From assembly GCA_051362555.1 (NCBI GenBank), contig CM120640.1, forward strand, positions 30,027,967-30,091,966: DNA of 64,000 nt, read 5' to 3'. Below are positions 12,457-26,089 of the stretch, piece by piece (within the stretch, counting starts at the first letter, position 1; every line of letters starts with the position of its first letter). Made by a program: the position numbers and the translations under genes. Source of the stretch: Lingula anatina. Taxonomy: Eukaryota > Animalia > Brachiopoda. The notes below the pieces were generated by a model that searched no databases, was not told the DNA's origin, and worked only from the letters and a program-made list of their open reading frames with translations.

Positions 12457-15400
12457 GGTAAGCGTATTATAAGATGGGCTAGGGAATTTTGCCAATAGAG
12501 CGGTTTGTGTGATAACTACTGTAGTTATTTTTCATACCACACGGTGTATTCCCACTCACAATATGATGATGTAGACGTATGACCCTTTTAGGCTCAACAA
12601 GTAGGGGTAAACTTACAGTTAATAGCAATGAATTTAATTTGTTTAGGTGTTATCTTGTGTGTGTGTGTGTTGTTTTAAAGAATCCCACATGTAATATGAG
12701 AACCGAATAACTGAAATGAGTTAAAACAGAGTTAGAAGGAGAAGATTTATAAATAAACATTATTATTTATTTATAAGCATTTTCACATGATTATTTTAAA
12801 ATGAATGTTTGATAAAGATAACATGTTTTGGGGTATTGACTTTGGCAACTGAGAAATGGGGGAGGGCTCATCATACTGAGCTGGCACAATGCCTACATAC
12901 GTGTCTATGCACGTAATTAATTTAATATATTAGTTTCCACATATAATATTAATGGGCAAAACAATCCACATCATTATATATATTATAAAATGTATATTGT
13001 ATTATTTATAAATGGGCAAAACAATCCGCACAATCATAATATAGGCCTACATGTTACATTAACCAAGTGTATAGGCTACAAGTTGGGAATTAACGATGTT
13101 GTGAGGGGAATTAGTATGAGTACCCCCTCCCCCTCTCCCCCGTTAATTTACTCTTTTGTAGTTGAAATTGTCAGTTACATCTATGAACTTACATAATCTG
13201 AAGATACATGAAATTAAATGGATTAATTACACTTTATTAATCGATTTCAAATGAATAACATGCAGTGGTGGATTTAGGGCCAGGTGTGTGTTGGGTCCTG
13301 ACCCCCCTTTGATGTTTTTAAAAAATAACATTATGTCGAGAAAAGTGGGAACAGTGTGGGTTGATTTGTCCCATAAATAGTTTATAATGGTAAACCTGTT
13401 AATTGTTTCTTGGTACCGATTTGTATATTTGATGCTAGCTCAGGAAGCAAAAAAGATATAACTGTTATTCTGCTAATTTATTGCCCACCAACGAAGTAGA
13501 TTTTAACAATTTAATTGACCCATTCTTACCAAGAAAAATGTTCAAAGCAAAAATATAGTGGTATGCTCAGATGCTTTATTTACTACTTTTAAAATGTACA
13601 TGTAGTTCTGTCTCATTTTTGTACTAGGTACCTAGCAATCTCTTAGGACGTATAAAATAAATGCTTAATCAAAATCAGGGATTCGATATGAAAGACATTT
13701 GTTGTAGATGAATATTTTTCTTTTGTTTACACACTCCTTTTTGTTAATTCAATTTTGTTTTGGTGTTTTTTCCTGTTAGGAATCCTGTAACTTAGTTTAT
13801 AGAAGTGAATAATTTGTTCACTGGGTGCTGTTTTACTGAGCCGCACATATATAATCCACCGAGCTTAAACCTGTGAAACATTGGGTTGGGAGTTTTGCAC
13901 ATGCATGCCCACTATTAAGCAATGTTGGTGGTTACCAAATAATAGCAAAAACTAAAAAAGTGTAGTCCCAAAAAAACCAAAAATATATTTATTCACATAA
14001 GTCTTAGGGATCGTTCACATGTAAAATCTATTTTCTAAAAATCTGTTTTCTATTCGTGGTATCTTGTGATCATGGTCTGTGCCCTGAATACCCCGCAGCG
14101 TAATTACTGGCAGCGCGAGCCAGTTACTTCCAAAGCTGTAATTAATTCTCAGCTGCGCTCGGAGTGATCACAAGATACCGCGAATAGAAAATGGGGAGTC
14201 TCACTAATTTACTGTCAGATAATCTGGCTTAAATGTCCGTCCCGCCTACTACAAGCTGTAAGGGGGTAATTAACTTTCGTGCCCACTCGGCTGACAGCTA
14301 TTTAGAGTGAATCCCCAGGGAGTTAGGTCGATTGTAAACAACTCAGACAAATATAATAAACTCTATTTTCCAATGCAATGTCATTGGTTACCAAATAATA
14401 CCAAAAACTAAATAAATGTATTCCCCCCCCCAAAAAAAAAAACAAAAAAACAAAAATACATTTATTCACATAAGTCTTATAATACTTTTAGCATTACTAT
14501 GTCACCCACAGAAAAAGTAGTTTTAGTTTTAGATTTATATTTTACATTGAATACAATGTAAACAACTCAGACAAATATAACAAATTCTATTTTACCACCA
14601 TAATGGTGGTTCTTGCAATTATTCTGGAATCTGTGCTTGCCACTAAACCATATGTGACCTTCAATCTTCACAGATGATTAACCTCTGATAATCTCTTAAG
14701 AGATGGGGGAAACACTCTAAATTATTAGTACCACCGGCATGTATGCTGGCAATACTCATGTTTTTTGTGACACTCATTTGAATGCGCCTCTTGTCATAAT
14801 TTTTGAAAATTCAATGCTAAATATCTCTTAAACCGAAGGAATTATGGGAAATTTTACTATAGAAGTCTGACCAAAAGTCATGTGGAGATTCCAAATATAC
14901 CCTTGGATTTGACTTTTGCCCTTTATTTTAAGGTCAAACAGGCTCTTAGGTGTGTGTACTGCAGGTAATAAAGAGACCTACGATTTGGAACTGGAAAAAA
15001 TGTTGCAAACCACCCAAAATTATTATTTTTTTTATTAAAAATTTAACTGTATTCCAGTTTATTAATTTTTCTCATAAAATTAACTAAGAGGGCTATGGCT
15101 TAACTTAAGTGGCTCTTTCACTTCACTTGCACAGTTTTGTTCAGATCTTAAAATAATTTTTCCCACAATTATATAAAAATGAAGACATAAATACAGTACA
15201 GTATTATACCCTTAATTCAGATGCTAGTGCACATGACTTTTTAACAAGTCCATCACCCAGACACCATTTTCAAAGATATACCAGCAACATCCCATTTGCA
15301 CTTTATACAAAGGGTAATAATACAAACATATAAAAAGATGTAATGGAACCCCCACAGTTAATGCAAAAGTTTGAACCAATATTCTTCATATATAATATTT

Positions 15401-16359
15401 GATATAAGTGTATGGCAGTATATAATAGTAACACAATTTCCAGGATTTGATAGTAGTAGCCTCTTACAGAATTATACTGGATCCATTATCATTTCTGCAT
15501 TAAATAAAGACATGCAATGCAGTTATAATCACTGGGCCAGTTAAAATTCCCTTTTGCACTTGTACAATTAAAAAAACTGTCACAAGTGTTGCATTATGAC
15601 AAAGTTAACCTGCTCTTATGCCCAATAGGTATTATTTTGAAGTGCCTTTTGTCTGCAACAACTGAAAATCAAGAAAAAGATACTATTAGTTATTAGCATT
15701 ATATTAATCATCAAACCAAAGGTATAACACAGTGACATTTCCAGACAGACAGGTGGGAAAACATGACCCCATCTATTTTGGAAGCGTCAAGAGTCCAGGA
15801 ATTTTAAGTGTCAAAAACTGTGAGATCCTTAAAGGCTTTCTCTGGGCATAGTAAACTTTTAAGCAATTGTATGAATTTGCCAACTAAATCCATAAATATA
15901 AATATTAATGCATGTCTTGAAAATAAATAAGAATGCACATTACATCTTTCTTAGAATTACATTTTTGTTTTTTTTTAATGTAACATCCAACTCTTACTTG
16001 TAAATCAAAATATCTTAATTCTCATTATTATTATTTTAACAAAATTAAATTCCATATTCATACCAACATTTCTTAAAATCAAAATAAATATAGCCTAAGC
16101 ACTAAAAAGTCTTGTGGGAGATCTTTGGTGTTTTGTCCAATCCATATTCCAACAGGTGCTCCATTGCCTGAATAAAAATAATAAAGATAACAAAAATACT
16201 ATTAATACACCAGGAAAAAAAGGAAAATCCGTACACAATGTTTTAATGTATATATACAAATATGTCTATACAAAGTTAATTTTGTTGTTCAATACATTAC
16301 AGATTAGTTGATGTTATTAATACTTCTATCACCAAATGTCATTGGTGATTTTCCATGTG

Positions 16360-16501
16360 ACATTTAATGTTGTCATTTCATTATATTGCACATGTTGGTG
16401 CTTTGTGGAGGAACAGCATCTTCAATGATAACTTAAAGTTGTCATTTAATGTTGTCATTTCATTATATTGCACATGTTGGTGCTTTGTGGAGGAACAGCA
16501 T
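16360..16501. repeat. ~60-bp direct duplication
   Basis: catttaatgttgtcatttcattatattgcacatgttggtgctttgtggaggaacagcat occurs at ~16361 and 16443. Confidence 0.85.
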
Positions 16502-16789
16502 TGATAAGTTAAAGCTTGTATAATTTCAAAGTGGAGAAAGCATTTGTTACATTTATAATATAAAAATATGAATGATTATGGTATTCATTTTAAAATAACA
16601 CTTATCTCACAAATTGCACCATTCTCCCGTTCTCCTAACTCAAATGTACAGCAATCAACTCAGAAAAAAATAATTAAAAATTAGAATAAAAAATTATGGT
16701 CTGCAGTAATATGATTATTACAAAATCCACAGATAAAATCGACCAACATTGAGTATCGAGTGCCAGTTTGTCACCATGGCATTGACCAT

Positions 16790-17470
16790 GAAAAACAACT
16801 AGATGGCTTCACTTGTAGACTATGAAGAAGAAACTGAACTGGCAAACAATTTATGAACAGATCATCATCATCATCATCATCATTTAGAGCCTATAATGTT
16901 CCACTGTTGGACAAAGGCCTCAGCATGCTTTTTCCATTGTTTCCTATCCTGAGCCTCAGATTTCCAGTTTGGCCAAGGTTTCTTCTTCCAAGACTTCCAG
17001 TAGTCATCTAATTCATCCCTCCATCATTTGACCGGCCTTCCTCTTTTTCTTTGTCCATACCTTGGGGTCCATTCTGTAAGCCTGATTGTCCATGCCACCT
17101 ATTGTCCTTCATTCTTTTGACATGTCCTGCCCACCTCCATTTCATTTCTTTAACTGTGAGCAGTATGTCCTTAACTTTGGTCTGTTCACGTAACCATACA
17201 TTCGTTTTCCGCTCTCTTGGACTGATGAACAGATAGAATTTTAAAAAGCAACACTAGTTTTTAAATCATTAAATGGACATTCACCAAAATACATCAGGGA
17301 CTTACTGGGTACATGTACCAGTACTACGACCATGGACACTACAGACAGAATCATCTGATTACGTAATAAGGGAAATCTCTGGCATAAAGACACAATTAAG
17401 GTCCAATATGGGCTTTGGTTGAAATATGGGATTGCTTTAACTCTGAAATTAAAAACTCCAAAGACTTGGA
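16790..17470 (+). pseudogene. Degenerate L2/CR1-group LINE ORF2 C-terminal fragment, split by an RTE insertion
   Basis: Joining across the RTE target duplication gives MKKKLNWQTIYEQIEF*KATLVFKSLNGHSPKYIRDLL and later WDCFNSEIKNSKDL, typical of the post-RT region of L2/Crack-type LINEs. Confidence 0.6.
16863..17224 (-). mobile_element. 5'-truncated RTE-clade LINE with (TGA)n tail
   Basis: Minus strand reads NVWLREQTKVKDIL..KWRWAGHVKR..EWTPRYGQRKRGRP..WRDELD..AQDRKQWKKHAEAFVQQW then (TGA)n; 10-bp target duplication atgaacagat at 16853-16862 and 17225-17234. Confidence 0.9.
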
Positions 17471-17524
<54 letters not shown>

Positions 17525-17603
17525 TCCCCCTAGTATGTGTGTGTGTGTGTGTAAGATAAATGTACACACATAATATGTTTTACCCTCTATAAATATAAAT
17601 AAG

Positions 17604-17641
<38 letters not shown>

Positions 17642-17936
17642 CAAGCTAATTCTTTGTCCAAGTGGAAATTAACTAACACCAGTCTTGCAACTTCAAAAAT
17701 AAAAGTGATCAATAAATTTATCACACATACACACACTCACACACGAAAACACATAAACATTAATTTAAATAGCGACCTTCATTGCTGTTAAGTTTACCCG
17801 CTATTTTCAGGTTAATGTCTACGTCATCATTTTGTGAGTGGGAATACAGTGCACCAAGTGGTATGAAAAATACCTATTTCTCACACAAAGCCCTCTATTG
17901 GCAAAATCCCCTAGCCCATCTTATAACACACTAACC

Positions 17937-20900
17937 GTTCACCATAATGAGAATGAACACAAGGAAAAATAGTGTAAATGAAGTTGTACACAGTCATCAC
18001 AATATATATATATATACAAACACATTCAGTAACAATACAGAATAGACACAGCAAACATAAGATAAACAAACACACAGGCACACAGTGACAACACCATCAT
18101 ACACAGTAATAGTAATGATTATAAACAAATAGAGTCACAAACTGACATACACAGTGATCAAAATAAATATTAACATGTACAGTGATAATAGTAGCATGCA
18201 CCAAAGTGAGAATGAACACAAGGAAAAAGAGTGAAAACAAAGCCGTATTTAAAGTCATCACAATATGTACAAACACATTCAGTAACAATACAGAATAGAC
18301 ACAGCAGACAGAATATAAACAGACACATACAGATACATAGGATAAACAAACACACAGGGATACAGAGACAACACAATCATGCAGAGTAATAGTAAAGATT
18401 TCAAACAAATAGAGTGACAAAATTGACAATAATGTTTACCTTAATGAGAATGAACACAACAAAAAAGAGTGAAAGTAGTACACAGTCATCTCAAAATGTA
18501 CAAACACATTCAATAACATGACAAAATAGACACCGGAAACAGAATATAAAGAGACACATACACAAACAGTGACAACATCATCATGCAAAATAATGTGTTT
18601 GTTTGTATTAAATTTGATTACTGTGCATGTTTGTGTTGTCACTATTCATGTTTGTATTTATTATAAGCGCTGTGTATGTTAGTTTTGTCACTTTATTTTT
18701 TAATAATCATTGCTATTACCCTGCATGATGATGTTGTTCACTTTATGTCTATGTGTCTGTTTATATTCTGTTTACAGTGTCTATTTTGTATTGTTAGTGA
18801 ATGTGTTTGTATATTAGATTGTGATGACTGTGTACGACTTCGTTTTCAATATTTTTCCTTGTGTTCTTTCTCATTATGGTGAATGTAACTGTTGTCACTG
18901 TACATGTGAAATTTATTTCTAAACACTGTGTATGCCTGTATTTTGACTGTGTTTGTTTATTTATTTAGATTACTGTGCATGTTTATGTTGTCACTGTTCG
19001 TGTTTGTATTTATTGTGAGCACTGTGTATGTCAGTTTTGTCACTCTATTTGTTTGTAATCATTACTATTACTCTGCATGTTGCTGTTGTCACTATATCTC
19101 TATGTGCCTGTTTATATTCTGTCTGCTGTGTCTATTCTGTATTGTTACTGAATGAGTTTGTACATATTGTGATGACTGTGTATGGCTATGTTTTTTACTC
19201 TTTTGCGTTGTGTTCATTCTCATTATGTTGCACGTTACTGTTGTCACTGTACAAGTGATGTTTTTTTAATGACTGTGTATGTATTTTTTCTGACTGTGTT
19301 TGTTTGTATTTTTTTATTACTGTGTTTGTTGGTGTTGTTACTGTTGGTGTTTGTATTTATTGTTAGCACTGTGTATGTCAGTTTTATCAGTTTATTTATT
19401 TCTAGTCATTATTTTAACTGTGCATGTTGGTGTTGTCACTGTCATCATAGTTTATGTGCCTGTTTATAATCTGATAACTGTTTCCATTCTGTATTGTCAT
19501 TGAATGTGTTTGTATATATATTGTGTTCACTGTGCATGACTGTGTTTATTCTTGTTATTGTGCATGGTTGTGTTGTCACTGTACATGTCAAAATTTATTC
19601 TGATCACTGTGCATGTCTATATTGTGACTGTGTTTGTATGTATTCATTTTAAATATTGTGCAAGTTACTACTGTCACTGTACATGTTAATATTTATTTTG
19701 ATCACTGTTTATGTCAGTTTGTCACTCTATTTGTTTGTAATCATTACTATTACTGTGCATGATGGTTCTGTCACTGTATGTCTATCTGTCTGTTTATATT
19801 CTGTTTCCTGTGTCTATTCTGTATTGTTATTGAATGTGCTTGTATATATATTAAGATGACTGTGTATGGGTATGTTTTCTTTCTTTTTTTATTGTGTTCA
19901 TTTTCTTTAGGATGAATGTTACTGTTGTCACTGTACACGCCAAAATTTATTCTGATCACTGTGTATGACTGTATTGTGACTGTGTTTCTTTGTATTTATT
20001 TTCATTACTGTGTTTGTTGGTTTTGTTACTGTTGATGTTTGTATATATTGTGAGCACTGTGTATGTCAGTTTTGTTACTCCATTTGTTTGTAATCATAAC
20101 TATTACTCTGCATGATGATGTTGTCACTGTTTGTCTATGTGTCTGTTTATATGCTGTTTGCTGTGTCTATTCTGTATTGTTACTGAATTTTTTTGTATAT
20201 GTTGTGATGACTGTGTACGACTTAGTTTTCACTCTTTTTCTTTATGTTCATTCTCATTATGGTAAACGTTATTGTTGTCACTGTAGATGTCAAACTTTTC
20301 CTAATCACTGTGTATGTCTGTATTTTGACTGTGCTTGTTTTTATTTATTTTGATTACTGGGCATGTTTGTGTTGTCACTGTTCGTGTTTGTATTTATTGT
20401 GAGCACTGTGTATGTCAGCTTTGTCACTCTATTTGTTTGTAATCTTAACTATTGCTGTGCATGATTGTATTGTCACTGTATCCCTGTGTGTTTGTTTATC
20501 TTATGTATCTTTATGTGTCTGTTTATATTCTGTCTCCTGTGTCTATTATGTATTGTTACTGAATGTGTTCATATATATTGTGATGACTTTTTACGGCTAT
20601 GTTTTCAATCTTTTTCCTTGTGTTTATTTTCATTACGGTGAATGCTACTGTTGTCACTGTACATGTGAAATTTTTTTCTAATCACTGTGTATGTCTGTAT
20701 TATGACTGTGTTTGTTTGTATTTATTTTGATTACTGTGTATGTTTGTGTTGTCACTGTTCGTGTTTGTATTTATTGTGAGCACTGTGTATATCAGTTTTG
20801 TCACTCTATTTGTTTGTAGTCATTCTGATTACTGTGCATTTTAGTGTTGGCACTTTTTGTGTTAAAATTTATTGTAAACAATGTGGATGTCAGTTTTGTC

Positions 20901-21660
20901 AGTTAATTTATTTCTAGTTATTATTTTAACTGTCATCATAGTTTGTGTCTGTTTATACTCTGATGACTGTTTCTATTATGTATTGTCATTGAATGTGTTT
21001 GTATATATATATATAGTGATCACTGTGTAATCACCCGATTAATTTGTGTTTATTCTTGTTACTGTGCATGGTTTTGTTGTCACTGTACATGTGAAATTTA
21101 TACTTATCACTGTGTATATCTGTATTGTGACTGTGTTTGTTTGTATTAATTTTGATTATTGTGCACGTTACTATTGTCACTGTACATGTTAATATTTATT
21201 TTGACAACTGTTTATATTCCTGTGCATGATGGTGTTGTCACTGTATGTTTATGTGTCTGTTTATATTCTATTTGCTGTGTCTATTCTGTATTGTTATTGA
21301 ATGTGTTTGTACATATCGAGATGACTGCGTACGACTTCTGTTGTCAACTGTACATGCGAAATTTTTTCACTCTTTTTCATTTTGTTTATTCTCATTACGA
21401 TGAATGTTACTGACTGTTGTCACTGTACATGTGAAAAATGTTTCTAATCACTGTGTATGTCTGTTTTGTGACTGTGTTTGTTTGTATTGATTTTGCTAAC
21501 TGTCTTTGTTGGTGTTGTTACTGTTGATGTTTTTATTTATTGTGAGCACTTTGTATGTCAGTTTTGCTACTCTATTTGTTTGTAATCATTAGTATTACTG
21601 TGCATGATGGTGCTATCACTGTATGTCTATCTTCTATTATGTATTGTCATTGAATGTGTT

Positions 21661-21715
<55 letters not shown>

Positions 21716-24700
21716 CACTGTGTAATCACCCGATTAATTTGTGTTTATTCTTGTTACTGTGCATGGTTTTGTTGTCACTGTACATGTGAAATTTATACTT
21801 ATCACTGTGTATATCTGTATTGTGACTGTGTTTGTTTGTATTAATTTTGATTATTGTGCACATTACTATTGTCTCTGTACATGTTAATATTTATTTTGAC
21901 AACTGTTTATATTCCTGTGCATGATGGTGTTGTCACTGTATGTTTATGTGTCTGTTTATATTCTATTTGCTGTGTCTATTCTGTATTGTTACTGAATGAG
22001 TTTGTACATATCGAGATGACTGCGTACGACTTTGTTTTCACTCTTTTACCTTGTGTTCATTGTCATTATGGTGAACGTTTCTGTTGTCAACTGTACATGC
22101 GCAATTTTTTCACTCTTTTTCATTGTGTTTATGCTCATTACGGTGAATGTTACTGACTGTTGTCACTGTACATGTGAAAATTTTTTCTAATCACTGTGTA
22201 TGTCTGTTTTTTGACTGTGTATGTTTTTATTTATTTTGATTACTGTGCATGTTTTTGTTGTCACTGTTCGTGTTTGTATTTATTGTGAGCACTGTGTATG
22301 TCAGTTTTGTCACTCTATTTGTTTGTAATCATTACCATTACTCTGCATGATGGCATTGTCACTGTATGTCTATCTATCTGTTTATATTCTGTTTGCTGTG
22401 TCTATTCTGTATTGTTACTGAATGTGTTTGTATTTATTGTGAGCACTGTGTATGTCAGTTTTGTCACTCTATTTGTTTGTAGTCATACTGATTACTATGC
22501 ATTTTAATGTTGGCACTGTTTGTGTTTATATTTATTGTCAACAATGTGGATGTTAGTTTTGTCAGTTTATTTATTTTTAGTCATTATTTTAACTGTGCAT
22601 GTTGGTGTTGTCTTCGCGTCTGTTTATACTCTGATCACTGTTTCCATTCTGTATTGTCATTGAATGTGTTTGTATATATATTGTGATCACTGTGTATGAC
22701 TGTGTAATCACCCAATTAATTTGTGTTTATTCTTGTTACTATGCATGGTTGTGTGGTCACTGTACATGTTAAAATTTTTTCTGATCACTGTGTATGTCTG
22801 TATTGTGACTGTGTTTGTATGTATTCATTTTAAATATTGTGCACGTTACTACTGTCACTTTACATGTTAATATTTATTTTGATCACTGTTTATGTCAGTT
22901 TTTTTATGTTGATGTTTGTATTTATTGTGAGCACTGTGTATGTCAGTTTAGTTACTCTATTTGTTTGTAATCATTACTATTACTCTGCATGATGGTGTTG
23001 TCACTGTACGTCTATGTGTCTGTTTATACTCTGATAACCGATTCCATTCTGTATTGTCATTGAATGTGTTTTTATATATATTAAAATTATTATGATCACT
23101 GTGTATGACTGTGTAATCACCCGATTAATTTGTGTTTATTCTTGTTACTATGCATGGTTGTGTGGTCACTGTACATGTTAAAATTTATTCTGATCTCTGT
23201 GTATGTCTGTATTGTGACTGTGTTTGTATTTATTCATTTTAAATATTGTGCACGTTACTACTGTCACTTTACATGTTAATATTTATTTTGACCACTGTTT
23301 ATGTCAGTTTTTTTATGTTGATGTTTGTATTTATTGTGAGCACTGTGTATGTCAGTTTAGTTACTCTATTTGTTTGTAATCATAACCATTACTCTGCATG
23401 ATGGTGTTGTCACTTTATGTCTATGTGTCTGTTTTTGTATATATTGTGATGACTGTGTATGACTTTGTTTTCTGTCTTTTTCCTTGTGTTCATTCCTGTT
23501 ATGGTGAACATTACTGCTGTCACTGTACATGTGAATTTTTTTTGTAATCACTGTGTATGACTGTGTTTTGACTGTGTATGTTTTTATTTATTTTGATTAC
23601 TGTGCATGTTTTTGTTGTCACTGTTCGTGTTTGTATTTATTGTGAGCACTGTGTATGTCAGTTTTGTCACTCTATTTGTTTGTAATCATTACCATTACTC
23701 TGCATGATGGCATTGTCACTGTATGTCTATCTATCTGTTTATATTCTGTTTGCTGTGTCTATTCTGTATTGTTACTGAATGTGTTTGTATTTATTGTGAG
23801 CACTGTGTATGTCAGTTTTGTCACTGTATTTGTTTGTAGTCATACTGATTACTATGCATTTTAATGTTGGCACTGTTTGTGTTTATATTTATTGTCAACA
23901 ATGTGGATGTTAGTTTTGTCAGTTTATTTATTTTTAGTCATTATTTTAACTGTGCATGTTGGTGTTGTCTTCGCGTCTGTTTATACTCTGTAAGCTGTTT
24001 CCATTCTGTATTGTCATTGAATGTGTTTGTATATATATTGTGATCACTGTGTATGACTGTGTAATCACCCGATTAATTTGTGTTTATTCTTGTTACTATG
24101 CATGGTTGTGTGGTCACTGTACATGTAAAAATTTATTCTGATCACTGTGTATGTCTGTATTGTGACTGTGTTTGTATGTATTCATTTTAAATATTGTGCA
24201 CGTTACTACTGTCACTTTACATGTTAATATTTATTTTGATCACTGTTTATGTCAGTTTGTCACTCTATTTGTTTGTTATCATTACTATTACTGTGCATGA
24301 TGGTTCTGTCGCTGTATGTCTATCTGTCTGTTTATATTCTGTTTCCTGTGTCTATTCTGTATTGTTACTGAATGTGCTTGGATATATATTAAGATGACTG
24401 TGTATGGGTATGTTTTCTTTCTTTTTTTCTTGTGTTCATTTTCTTTAGGATGAATGTTACTGTTGTCACTGTACACGCCAAAATTTATTCTGATCACTGT
24501 GTATGACTGTATTGTGACTGTGTTTCTTTGTATTTATTTTCATTACTGTGTTTGTTGGTTTTGTTACTGTTGATGTTTGTATATATTGTGAGCACTGTGT
24601 ATGTCAGTTTTGTTACTCCATTTGTTTGTAATCATAACTATTACTCTGCATGATGATGTTGTCACTGTTTGTCTATGTGTCTGTTTATATGCTGTTTGCT

Positions 24701-25054
24701 GTGTCTATTCTGTATTGTTACTGAATTTTTTTGTATATGTTGTGATGACTGTGTACGACTTAGTTTTCACTCTTTTTCTTTATGTTCATTCTCATTATGG
24801 TAAACGTTATTGTTGTCACTGTAGATGTCAAACTTTTTCTAATCACTGTGTATGTCTGTATTTTGACTGTGCTTGTTTTTATTTATTTTGATTACTGGGC
24901 ATGTTTGTGTTGTCACTGTTCGTGTTTGTATTTATTGTGAGCACTGTGTATGTCAGCTTTGTCACTCTATTTGTTTGTAATCTTAACTATTGCTGTGCAT
25001 GATTGTACTGTCACTGTATCCCTGTGTGTTTGTTTATCTTATGTATCTTTATGT
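17937..25054. repeat. Complex satellite array, left part (AC-rich to ~18595, then TG-rich)
   Basis: Monomers such as actgtgtatgtcagttttgtc+actctatttgtttgtaatcattactatt (21+28 nt); near-identical ORF-track peptides recur at 22298/23655 (1357 bp) and 20063/24601 (4538 bp). Confidence 0.95.
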
Positions 25055-25315
25055 CTCCTTGATCTAAAGGTTCAATACGATGCCGAGAAAGGAGCAATAA
25101 AGTGACAAACACAAGTATGATGTTCGAAACTTGGCCGATGCCGGCCGCTTTTATTGTGAATCCTTATACTAAAATGAATTAAATTTTGATGTTAAAATTA
25201 ATTAATTGTGACAGTGCCAAAATACGTAATTTTTTACGCCTGAAAAGACTATTTTATATATAATTCCCAAAGAACATAGTGCAGACGTTTTAATTTGTGG
25301 GGTTGCAAAGAGGCC
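25047..25315 (-). repeat. Terminal split direct repeat B (269 bp), contains AATAAA
   Basis: Identical by eye to 30217-30485; minus-strand aataaaagcggccgg with AATAAA at 25150-25155. Confidence 0.95.
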
Positions 25316-25721
25316 GAAAAGAAATCTAGCCAACGACCGGACGAAGCACGTCGATGTAAACTAAACTAGAGGACAAGCTAAATCGGCCGAAACGGTGGAC
25401 GACAGATAAGCTGCGGCGTGCTACCCAACCCTAACTCCCTCATTTTGAGGGAGGGGGAGGTACGCTCTTTTCCTTATGATAGACGGGCCATACAGCGAGG
25501 AGTAGAGCTCTCCATTCTGTCATCCCTAGTTAGAGAAATTTAGAATTAGAAATTTCAAGTGTGCCCGCCGGTCTATTATGAATTATGTCTACCAAAAAAC
25601 AGTAACTGAGCTCCTGAAATAAAGGGTATAATGGAGATAATAAATCACTGGTCAGCGTGAATTGCTGGACCGAACAAGTTACAAAAATTGAATGGGAAAT
25701 TAAAAATAAAAGGAAACGGAT

Positions 25722-25933
25722 GAGAATCTGCATGTCTTGCTAGATCTCTGAAGGGGTGGGGGGGTGAGGTCCGCATGTCTTGCTGGACCCAACAAGTAAC
25801 GTCACTTGAAGTTAAACATATAAAAAGTTAAACATATAAAAATAAAAAGAAATGGGTGGGTGAGAATCTGCATGTCTTGCTAGATCTCCGGAAAAAGGGG
25901 TGGGTATGAGGGCCGCATGTCTTGCTGGCCTTC
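25722..25933 (-). repeat. Four hairpins with invariant GCATGTCTTGCT apex downstream of YR
   Basis: Hairpins at 25722-25748, 25768-25789, 25862-25888, 25908-25933; two 140-bp units of two hairpins each. Confidence 0.85.
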
Positions 25934-26089
25934 GGCATGAAAGCGAGATTGAATGTAAAATGATAAATGATAACTAATATAGCCTATGGACAGTGTCACT
26001 ATGAAACTTGTGAAAGTCAGATTTGATAAATGTCACTAAACGTGCGCGGGTGAATCCTCCGTGCAAGTATATCAATGCGCTAAATAGTC

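Larger units (their letters stand above)
12457..17936. mobile_element. Non-autonomous long-TIR DNA transposon (MULE/Mutator-like) inserted in the satellite
   Basis: ~200-bp diverged TIRs (ggtaagcgtattataagatgggctaggga... / ...tcccctagcccatcttataacacactaacc); 9-bp target duplication gttcaccga (12448-12456) / gttcaccat (17937-17945); removing it restores the satellite motif gtaacgttcaccataatgagaatg. No transposase seen. Confidence 0.7.
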
